The notes under the pieces: generated by a model
What the model saw: only the letters and a program-made list of their open reading frames with translations
Database searches by the model: none
What the model was told of the DNA's origin: nothing
Made by a program: the position numbers and the translations under genes
In this document: piece after piece, positions 13,727 through 24,900 of the stretch
Numbering within the stretch: the stretch's first letter is position 1
Layout of the letters: the number at the start of each line of letters is the position of its first letter
Origin: Amphiscolops sp. MND2022
Taxonomy: Eukaryota
Assembly: GCA_964187785.1 (NCBI GenBank)
Contig: OZ076409.1
Coordinates: 54,562,001 to 54,626,000 of the forward strand
DNA length: 64,000 nt
Direction: 5' to 3'

Positions 13727-14596
13727 GGGTGGGCGGAAGTAGGTTGAAGGAACGGAACCGATAATCAGAGTTAGTCCTCAGGTCGACATACCAAATTTTT
13801 TGAATGGGATCGAAACAACTCGGATCGAAATTTATATAACGTAGTCGGATATGTTCACAGGGAACAAGACGTTTCGGCACAAGACGTTTCGGCAACAAGA
13901 TGGCGGAAGACGTTTCGGCAACAAAATGTTGCCGAAGCGTCTTTCACCTGCTGTGAAGACGTTTCGGCACCAAAGACGTTTCGGCAACAAGAAGAATAAT
14001 CTGTAGTTTTCTTTTTAGTATGAAACGTGCCCTATATATGTCCCCATTTCCTCTAGTGCCCCGCGGCCCCTTGGGGCCGCTTATATTCCCATCTTGCCAA
14101 GCGAGGTCGAACAGGAGCAAAGACCTAGCGGAAACGGAGATCGCGAAGCGATCGTAGTGGGAGCTGGTCTTTGCGACGGTGAGGGCGAGCGTGCATACAC
14201 CGAATATGCCCCCACATTAGAAGGGGAAAGTACTGAAAATTTGTTGCCGAAACGTCTTTCACCTGCTGTGAAGACGTTTCGGCACCAAAGACGTTTCGGC
14301 AACAAAAAGTTGCCGAAACGTCTTCCGCCATCTTGTTGCCGAAACGTCTTGTGCCGAAACGTCCGGAACCCATGTTCACATACCCCTAGTGCCCTGAATG
14401 CAGGAGCGAAGCGAAGCGGAGCGACGTGCTATATGACCATGCCTCAATTTGCTACATGGCGAAGAGAGCGAAGCGACCGAGCCATACAACAAATACAATA
14501 AAATTCGACCGCATTCCATTCGATCCCTGCAATTCGATCAAAAGTTTCGACCTCTGTCCTTCCGACCAGAAAAATTCGACCTGTTTACAGCCACCC
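13727..14596. mobile_element. MULE-type MITE (core B) nested in the hAT element
   Basis: 9-bp TSD ctttgacgt (13718-13726, 14597-14605); termini gggtgg...ccaccc. Confidence 0.85.
13860..14371. mobile_element. MULE-type MITE (core A) nested in the previous MITE
   Basis: 9-bp TSD atgttcaca (13851-13859, 14372-14380); long TIRs built from gacgtttcggca repeats. Confidence 0.9.
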
Positions 14597-15852
14597 CTTT
14601 GACGTCAGATTGTTTATGAAAAACTTTATACCGGCATCATGTGACACGGAAAGGTTCACTGTGCAGAATCTCCAAGAACTTCCTACAATGCAGAATGAGT
14701 AATGAACATTACGTCAGAAACGTGTTCCTTGCCAAGAATAATTCGTTTTTTGATTTAACTAGAAATTTTGAATTCATTTGTTCTAAGTTTTTTTCTGTGG
14801 AAGAGCTGTTACCAGTTGAAAAAGCGCAAAAGTTGATGTACTAGCTGACTCGGTTTGATTTTTAGACGTTCTCATTGTTACCAGTTGAAAAGCGCAACAT
14901 TTGATGCATTTAGACACGTTTTGTTTCCAAGCTCAGATATCAATCCATGAGATATATTTCAAGCTCAAGCCCATATTTAGGGCTTGAATTCAAGTCCAAG
15001 CATCGCTAGCTCAAGCTTTCAAACCGGAAGGTCCTTTTTAAGGCTTGGCTTGAAATCCCTGCTTGAACCGCGTGGACTGTACCGAACCGATGGCAAACGC
15101 CCAGACGGTGTTACCATGATTCCTTGGGAAATGGGTAAACAGCTGAAGTGGGATGTCACGGTTGTGGATGCTCTTGCACCCAGTCGCCTGAATCAAGGCT
15201 CTATGCAACCCGGGAACCACCGCCAACGATGCTGAAGCGCGTAAAATTGAGAAGTATCGCGAATTAATAGACAATGGATATATTTTTCAACCGGTGGCCT
15301 TGGAATTACAGGGTTCTTTAGGCGAGAGCAGTGAAATTTTCATCACGCGTCTTTGTAAAATGCGCAGTTCGCACGACGATCAACAAGCTGGCAGCTTTTT
15401 GAAGCAGCGGATTTCAATGGCTCTTCAGATCGGCAAGGCGGCCTGTGTTCTAGGAACTGTGAGAGACAGAGATGCGTTCGAAGAAAATTATTACATATAG
15501 CTATTTTTTTATATCTCTTTATCATTGCGGCCTAAAAAGAAAATTCTACAAGTCTACTGGGATAGTGGCTGGTATGAGTAGTTTGTTGGTTGGTATTTTT
15601 GTTACTGGTCTACTGGGATAGTGGCTAGTATGGGGTTCCCTACGTTCGTTGCAGACCACGGGTGTGTGTCTTCTTCCCCCAACATGATGATACACATGGC
15701 ACTTGATTGATGACGAAGATCCATGATATCTGATGTTTTAATCCAGTCCGCCACTTTTCGTACTATACCCATCGCCTTGGTGTCTGGACTTCTCATTTCT
15801 TTCGTTTCAGATACTTTGTTACTGTAGAATTAACGCTTCGAGTGTTTCTCCC

Positions 15853-15905
15853 ATGTCTTCCCCCAGTCCCGGGAGTCGACGTATGCAGGTAGATGTGGTA
15901 AAATT
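15853..15905 (+). CDS. UBE2H: UBE2H exon 1
   Basis: [17 protein letters not shown](L); donor gtgagt. Confidence 0.93.
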
Positions 15906-18900
15906 GTGAGTTTCCTCATTATTACTTTCAATTTCAGTTTTGTGTACGTTCTATTTCAAGGCTTCCTTTCAGAATCGAGAGCAAGCATGAAGTTACGGTA
16001 TTGGGAGACGAGATGAATCTTTTCTCAGTGAAGTTTTATGGACCTCAAGACAGTGAGTGTTTGTCTCCATTTTTTATTGATACGTCCCCGGCTATTCTAG
16101 AGGCTAGTTTTCTGCTCGAGATCACAGAATTTTTACTCTTCGACACAAGTTCTGTCCTGAATCGATTTCAGTTGAAAAAGACAAAGTATGTGGAAACTTT
16201 TTATGAAGAAAAATTGAGCGTCAAAAATGAAATCTGCGTGTGAAATTTACTGCTGCCAAATGTTCAATTAACATTTCTATCCCTGACTACTGCGTAGTCG
16301 GTTTCCCTCGTAGATCATTTATCTACGTGAAAGAAAATCATCGGTTGTTTGAATAGCATGAAGACGTAAGCGGTTTTTCATGTAACAAATTTAAATAAAT
16401 TTAAACACACAATTTAAATAAAAGGAAAATTGGTTTTATGGTGCACAATCAGTTTCACATTATTGGGGATCACCGAAAACGCCATGGAGTAATATATATT
16501 TTGCCGGGAGAATTCTTCCCCTTTGATTATTTTATGCACTGAGATTTTTCAGAATTCTCAATACACCTGTCTTTCAGAATTGTTAAACCCACTTCATGTT
16601 TCCATGATGACTACAATAAAAATTTGTAGAGGTGTTGAAGGAAGTGTTTTAAAACAGTCATTTCATAAATCTCACCTTTAAGCTCAGATCTTTTTGGAGC
16701 ATTTCCTGCGAAACTAATAACAGGTTTCTACTGTTTTAACTTTGCTCAAGAGAATATGTTACAAGTACTTTTTGAACCATGCATTGCATCCGAATGAATC
16801 AACCTTTCTTTTGAAATTCACCCCACTTTGTTGTATGTGCATCAACCACTTATATTGCGCATCAATTGTTTCTTTAGCGCCTTATCACGGAGGAGTTTGG
16901 AAACTTCGAGTCAACCTGCCAGACACTTATCCTTTCAAATCGCCCTCAATTGGTTAGTCTTTTCTTTCAAATGTCTTTTTTTTGTTTCGAACGCATATTG
17001 GAATATTAAGTTAGAGGTAGTTTCAAAAAGTTTTTCGAGTTCAAAATTATAAGTGTCTCTCGAAACATTCAATTGGAAACATATTTTTCTTTTCGTTGTT
17101 ACCATTAATGGAATAAGGTTACAAGTAGAATTATTCTTCGAGTGGTAACTCAACTGTGTTTTCTTGATTTTTATGACATCTTTTAACGTTTTTTGTATAT
17201 TCTGGGGATCTGTTCACGTGTTTCTCGGTTTCTGTGGTCGCGTAGATATTTGTTTCTCAGTTCCAGCCAAGACCTAATACCTTAGTTACAATCTCCTACT
17301 TAGGTTTACATCGATAAACGTCTTGAAGTAATCACCCGATTAGACTTTCATGGAAAACGTATCTTCAATGTCTAGTTTAATCGCGTTCTGGGTTTACTAG
17401 CGCTTTATAATTACCACATGTGTCAACATCCTCTGCTGGTTTCACGTTACAACGTGTGAATATTAGTTAATAGTCGGCACTTTATGAAATAGAACGTGAC
17501 TATTGCTGCGACTGTTCGTCCTGCTTTCATTCAATCTGGGCCGAAAGAAAAACAAAAATTTCTTCGGAATTTGTTTTTCGAAAAGTCACATAGTCCTGAA
17601 ATAAGGAGGGAGGGGCCCTTTGGACTTTCCTCTACGTTTGCAAGGATGAAAAATTGGTTTAGTACGGGACTCGAACCCACGTACTCCTGCTTCTCAGGTC
17701 GTCACCAGGTCTGAAAATATGCGTTAAAGCTAGACCAAACGGCCATATAAAATTCATAAAAATAATGAGGAGTCCCTGACGAAAAAACTCACTGTAAGTC
17801 TCGCACTTTTTACTAGTAAAAAGCGCCGACTGAAAATTGTAAAATCATTGAATTAACTTTTCGACGGATTCGAAGGGTCAACAAGGAAAGAATGTGTTTT
17901 CCAGTATGCTTAGAAAAGAGATAAATGCAGTTTCTCAAACGAAAAATGTCCGGAATTAGTATCGGAAAAGACAACTTTCGAAAAATTTCCGATTTTCACG
18001 ATTTTGGTTCAATTTTTGTCAAAATATCGATAGACTTCGTGGACTAGAGTGTCGAAACGCCTAAAGCATGTGCAATGTTGTTGTTTCGGTGAGCTTTTGT
18101 CACGAGATAAGTTTAACTTGTAAAGGAAAAATATCTCAATTTGACCCTGAACTGTCAAAAAGTTTGAAGTTTTTGGCGTTTTTGATGCATTTTCTGTACA
18201 TTTTTCGAAAAATTCCGTTTTACGTTCCAACACAATCCCGTTTTACGTTGCAGCGTTTTGCTTCGAAAACTTTTCAGAATGACTCCAAAGGAGTCGAAAA
18301 ATTTCAACAAAAACTGAACACATATTCCAGTAAGCTTTTAAAGGAATACTTGCAGACTTTGGTTGGAAATTGGCTCAAATTTGACCTCAAAAAGTCGAAA
18401 ACATCGAAATTTTTGTCGATCTGACATTTTCAGTGAATTTTTTTTTGAGATTAGAAAATTTCAGTTAAATAAAAGCTTCGAAAAGCTGCAGCTGATGAAA
18501 CTAAGTCTGAAGCACGTTTTTCAAAACGATTGCCTAATTTATGGTCGAAAGTATCTTCAGAATGACCCGAATATCGGAAAACTGAGAAGTTCTTTTAAAA
18601 CTTTAGGCAGTTTTCTGTACAATTTTTGAGCTACTTCTTTGCATAAAATGGTTTTTAAAACAATGATTAATCCAGTTATCTTCAGTATGCAACTGATCCA
18701 CAATCCCACTTTCACACAATCACACAATCCCGTTTTACGTTGCAGCGTTTTGCTTCGAAAACTTTTCAGAATGACTCCAAAGGAGTCGAAAAATTTCAAC
18801 AAAAACTGAACACATATTCCAGTAAGCTTTTAAAGGAATACTTGCAGACTTTGGTTGGAAATTGGCTCAAATTTGACCTCAAAAAGTCGAAAACATCGAA

Positions 18901-21900
18901 ATTTTTGTCGATCTGACATTTTCAGTGAATTTTTTTTTGAGATTAGAAAATTTCAGTTAAATAAAAGCTTCGAAAAGCTGCAGCTGATGAAACTAAGTCT
19001 GAAGCACGTTTTTCAAAACGATTGCCTAATTTATGGTCGAAAGTATCTTCAGAATGACCCGAATATCGGAAAACTGAGAAGTTCTTTTAAAACTTTAGGC
19101 AGTTTTCTGTACAATTTTTGAGCTACTTCTTTGCATAAAATGGTTTTTAAAACAATGATTAATCCAGTTATTAATATTTCTGCTTTAGCAGGAATGTTAT
19201 TGTAACCTCAAAGTTGGTCCTTTTTTTTTTTCAGTCGTCAAATTTCGTCCTACTGAATAATTCAGATATTTTGTTCGGCAGTGAGTGTAAGCGTGGGAAA
19301 GCTGCCGACAACAATTCAATTCTAGTGCGATAGAACGAGCGAGTGGTAATTATCCATTCGTATGCTGACGTCATTGAGATGAAGCGAATGAGTGTTAATT
19401 ATTCGTTCGTTGAGAGCTTCGCCTGCATTCAAATGCGAATGCGAAACTTCGTCTACGCTTAGTTATATTTTCTTTAGTCCGAGAAGAATTAAAGGCGGTG
19501 TAAACTTGTACAGTGATTAATTGTGCTCTAAGTAATGATTAAACAGGAGTGTATTGGTATTCCAGATATGATTCTTTTATTAATGATTTTTTGTTTTAAA
19601 AAAATAAAGATTAAAGCAGAAATAGTACTGAGCCCCGGAGGGACCTATTTTCTTCAGTATGCAACTGAGCGTTGAAACAATAAGGTATTCAAAACGCAAA
19701 TGGGAAAAAAGTGGGATGAAGTTCATCTAGTTTACAATAAGGGTGTCGAAATCTCCGAACTTTCTTCATTTTTTCGACAACATAGTCGCAATTTTGGACC
19801 CTTTCCGGTAATTAACTTCAATCAGAAATACCATAGGCTCAGGATTGAAACGTGTAGCTACCGGTAGCGTTTCGAAAAGATATCAGACAAGTTTTTTCGC
19901 CCAACTTCCAAAAACTTTACTTGAAAACGTAAATTTCGACCTCATTTATCCAATATTTAATATTCAAAAACCTCCAAGCAAAATCACTAGATATGGAGTA
20001 CACCTGCCAAAGGAAGATTTTTCGAGCTACTTCGTGGGTTAGAATGGTGTAAACATTCAACAACAGCTAAACTCGGTGTCCAGTAGGCTTAATTTTGAAG
20101 AGACATCTGTAGATTCATGTTAGAAAAGTTCCTCAAATTGAATCCAAACTTGTCAAAACTATTTCGAATTTTCGACATTTCTGGTGAAACTATGTGCAAT
20201 AATATAACAACCTGGGAAGAAACCTCGTCATTTCCATATGATCAAAAGTAACAGAAAAGTCACCCTCAAGACTGGAAACTTATTTCTTTTACAGAAAACC
20301 TCAAAAATTAAAAATTGCGAAAAAATGTTTCTCGAAATTTTTTTTCAAAAAAGTTATTGAACATTTTCTCTTTTCTCGGCGAGTCAGATTCTTTCTGGTG
20401 ACCAAAATTCTGGTACTTAAACTTTAAACAGCAGTATCTCCTAAACTAATCAAGCCCGACAAACTATTTATTGCGCGTTCGAAAGAAGACAATCAGGGCT
20501 TTTAAATTAATTCTCGAACTGCTGGGCTGGGCTGGACTGTCATATGGTTTTGTTGCACTGGAAATTGTGTGAGTATATGATTGCAGTTTTTAGTTGGTTT
20601 TCAAGTAGTTTTCAAGTGTTCAAAGATCTGCTTCCAAGAATGCAGATTTACCAACATCTGCATTTAATTTCAACTTCAAGACGCTAAAAATAATCTTGCC
20701 ATGTCTGTCTACTTTTCATCGTGAGCTTCTATCATTGTTTTGTTTCCACAGTAAATGAGTCTTAATTTCAGTGTTTGAGAAACTTCAAAATCCACCAAGT
20801 AATCCCCCATTTGGCCTAGTGGTTAAGGCGCGAGACTTGGAAGCAGGAGCACGCCCAATATTCTGAAAAAATGTATGACTCGGTCTTCTATTGGTCCTAA
20901 TGTCCGCCGCTTTGGACGTAATGTTCGGACACGCCTTTTCTGATATAACACCGCATTATAACGTAATATATAATTCGTATGTGACTTCAATAATTTGGGT
21001 ATAGCTCATTTTTGCCCGGAAGGTACCTATCTTCATACAACATGAAACGCATTCTGCTGCAATTTTCTCCCCATATTTTCATTAGACGTTTATCATTGAA
21101 ATACTTATTCTTCCATTGCTTTCGCGCTGCCAATGGGGTCGCTTGGAACCAGCAACTTATCGCTCCATTTATTCATTTGGCCTTAAGTTGAAAAGTACTT
21201 ATAGAGTAACGAACTTGAACTTGTCAGCATACATCTCTGATTCGGATCACCAAAATCTTTTGTTGAAGTGTGAGTTAATTAGAATAATATAATGCCTATA
21301 TTTCAGAAGTGTTGACGAAGCATGAGTTGAAATTCAATTTCAACCTCATAGCTTAACATCAAAAGTCTTTTTAAATTGGCCTTTTTAAATTGGCCATTGA
21401 TCAAGCTGAATTGTGAAGTTTCTAATGAGTGACAATTTTGAAAAGAATAAACGTTAAGCAGTAGTCTTGGTCACTGTGTTACTGAGATGTGCACCATTCT
21501 GTCAGTGGCCAAGAGAATTTTTTCGTGGCTCGCAATCTGGAAGTTTGACTATAAACACTTGTTGGATCTGACACACTTGTTTTCTGTCAAGTAGTATGTT
21601 ATGAATCACTTGCTCAGCTCCATCGAATATATAAAATATAACTATAATAATTTGTAATTTTACATAGAATAATAAATGGCATAAAAATGTATTTGATATT
21701 TTTTGTGTAATTTGATTCCTCATAGCTCCAGGGTAATGAGCTGCGGAGGAGAGTTTTGACATCGCTAATTTTTTTCGCTGAAATACGTTTTCAAACTTTT
21801 AAATGCTTGAATTCAAGAATGTTTTAAATATAAACGATAACTTATTCAATTTTAGCAAGAAAAATAAAAAAATTATACTGTGTGTGTTTTACAGATGAAG

Positions 21901-24900
21901 AGCTGGTATTTTTCGAAATTCTTTTTGAAACTCCGTCTATACTCAGAATAAATTTTGAATTTGCACACTATTAGTTGCCGCTAATTTGATGAATCGCTAA
22001 TAAAATCGCTGAAAAAATTCTACTCAGCTGTTAAATCGCTGAATAGCGTTGTCAAAACTGCTCCAGACCATCCAAAAATTGTGAAGACTTACATGGATAC
22101 ATAATTATTTATAAACTAAGCAATGGCGATTGTTGTTATTATTCATCGTATTCCAACGTACAATTAGAAACCGGCAGCAATACTACCGGTACGCCAAAAT
22201 ATACTTTTCTGTTTTGTAGTCATGAAATGTATACATGTACATTGTGATTCATACATTTGTGAGTTTTATGAGCTTGAGCCATTTGGAAGCTAGATAAGCG
22301 GACTTGAACAAAACACTTCTGTCTGAAAACTTTCAGTCCGGTCACATGTAGAAAGTGGCACGCAATCAACGTAGTGGTGCTGAGATTTCGTCGGAAGTCA
22401 GTAATTATACGCTTCCCAGTGATAAGAGGGTCGCTGACTTACTTGTTTAGCAAGGGGTTTCCTTCATCTGTTTTTTTTTGTGCTAAAATATGCATGGTTG
22501 GCTCCGAGATACAGCTGCTTGTCTTCTGATATTATTGAACAGCCACTATGTAATTAGATAACCTTTAATACTACTTTGTTCTGCGCGTGTCACGTGAATG
22601 ATCATCCCCTTCACGTTTTTCACGAATTCGTAGTGTCACTTGGGACCAAATAGATTCGGTCCTTATGTATCTATCTCCATCACAGTCTTGGTAATTGACG
22701 TGAGGAAATCACTGCGAAGCCAAATTGGTTCCTACTTTGTGCGGTTTCGGCACCGCGTGATCAATTTTTCAATTTTTTGCCATCCCTTCCCTCTCGCTTG
22801 GCACGTGATTCAGACGAGGTGACATGGTAAAAAGATACATCCCTTGTGGTATTACCAACTATTGGTGATTGTATTACCAGTGCACGTATGCAGCCTACTT
22901 CGCGTTGCTTGGTATCAGTAAAAATAGTAGCCGTACGACTAATTTTTACACATCGTGACAACCACTCCATACTTTGTTTCAACCATTTTTCTGCTACTTG
23001 CAAACACGATTCGAATTCGTTATCCGCAAGTTCATTAGAATTGGGAAAGAATGATCATGTGGTAGGTCTAAAACAACACACTTTTCACTCGCGGACTACG
23101 TCATTTTCCGACCAATTTTGCGGTTGACCTTAAAGAGTACGACTGTAGATTATTCCTCAGATGGCAATAAAAGTGTTTGATGGGAAAAATTCTTGAGAAA
23201 TATGCTTTGCCAGCCGAATAGATGTTGAGTCCCATGCATTCATGTTATCCTTCAGTAGTTTACCTACCATTTCAAAACATCCGCAGCTTCACATGTTTTT
23301 TTGAAGCGGTCAATGTAGACTTGAAAAGCAAGTAGATTTGCTGCTTTCTTTCTTCAATGCAAATCATATAAATGACAAAAGATGCCTAGAAATATTTTGT
23401 TTATGATATGCAATGGTGCACCTCAATACACTGGTTGGAAAAGCCTTGAACATGTTTAGGCGAGAAGTAATAAAATAATAGGCGAGAAGATAATTTAGAT
23501 GCTCATGTCCCTTTTCCCAACTACACTGTGCCTCTCTCGATTGCAATAATGCATCAAAGCATGTTCTTTCTCCTTGAAAAGCGAAGGCAGGTGAAATGAA
23601 GATTAAGTCCATGGTTGATCAAATTCAGGTTTGTCTCACAAGTCGTTCGGACCCTGTTTTGCGCACTAACTTCTGTTGATCCAACTTCTATCGGTCCTCA
23701 TGCAAAAAGCAAAAATTGTTTTGGATTTTTTGACAAATTCTATTTTCAGCTAAATGATTTTCGACACGAGTTCGTTATTACTGGGACTCCAGATTTTTGG
23801 CATCTGCTTGCTGAGTGGAAATTCGAGACAAACATAGGGTGTCTTCCAGACAGTTAAATCCGTCGTTGGCAGTCGGATCGAGGGGTGTGCAATATTGTAT
23901 TTCAATAATATTGTGGTCTAACAATTAATAGTTTTTATTTGCAGTGGGAAACAGTAAATTATTGAAACAATTTTCAACAATCACTATACGCTAGGGTATC
24001 AAAAAGGTAAAGACACTCGATTTCGCTGATAAAAAATTTCCAACCGTAATGGGTTTTTGTTAGTGGCGCATTTTCCTTTAAAGGAAAAATGCTCGACTCT
24101 TACAGTGACCTTTTTTTCAGGACACTGATCGGCCCACTTTCTACAGAAACTACTAAAACTTCTCAGGCCAAGTCCGGCCAATGCAAACTTAATGCAAAGC
24201 GTCCCCTTTCATTTTTTTTTTACTTTTTTCAACGTAACCTACAAAACCGGACGAGACTTAAAGCCCCCCTTCCGATTTTTTTTCGGCATTGAGACTTTTT
24301 TCGAAAAGTTTTTTCCTCTAAAGGCTCCCCCTCCAGTTTCTTCGATGTTTTGCAACAGAATGGGTGTTGAAAAATCCCAAAGGGCCCCTTATACATTTTC
24401 CGGCACTGCGACTTTTTCCGAAAGAAAAAAATCTGAAGTTTTTTCTCGAAAAAATGTTTTTTAGTCGGCGCGTTTTCCTTTTAAGGAAAAATGCCCGACT
24501 ATAGCAGTGATCTTTTTTTAGTCGGCGCTTTATCCTTCAAGGAAAAATGCCCGACTATAGCAGTGACCTTTTTTTAGTCGGCGCTTTATCCTTCAAGGAA
24601 AAATGCCCGACTATAGCAGTGACCTTTTTTTTCTTCAGACTACAATCATAACACTGATCGGTGGACTTTTTAGAAACAATCCTGAAACCACCTAAGGCCA
24701 CGTCCGGCCAAAGCAAAAAGTCCAAAGAGTCCCCCCTTTCATTTTTTACTTTTTCAAGGTAACCTACAAAACCGGACAGGACTAAAGAGTCCCCCCTTTC
24801 GATGTTTTTCGGCACTGTGCGACTTATTTTTCGAAATTTTTTCTGTCTCCAAAGGGTCAATCCTTTCATTTTTTACTTTTTTAACGTAACCTACAAAACT

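Larger units (their letters stand above)
13281..15061. mobile_element. Non-autonomous hAT element
   Basis: TIR cagggttttcaagccaagc / gcttggcttgaaatccctg; perfect 8-bp TSD cttgaacc (13273-13280, 15062-15069); subterminal tcaagc repeats. Confidence 0.9.
6390..15543 (+). mobile_element. Degenerate RLE-type (CRE-like) non-LTR retrotransposon, split by Gypsy and hAT insertions
   Basis: RT motifs RPIAVGNNFRRL, LKIDFENAFN, QGDP, LWYVDD (7300-7800). C-terminal CHCG..HGLSC, RHATLN, DGKRPDG, WDVTV, RKIEKY (RLE) resumes at 13078-13280 and 15070-15500. A-rich 3' end near 15540; 5' boundary approximate. Confidence 0.85.

Noticed and set aside
13860..14371. gacgtttcggca repeats as a CRISPR array
   Set aside because: Short, irregularly spaced, arranged as inverted arms with a 9-bp TSD; no unique spacers or cas genes; eukaryotic context.
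20805..20856. Functional tRNA gene
   Set aside because: Only a D-arm/anticodon-like part; no T-arm/B-box or closing acceptor stem.
21751..22060. Small TIR element (agttttgaca.cgcta)
   Set aside because: Inverted ends visible but no TSD; too weak to classify.
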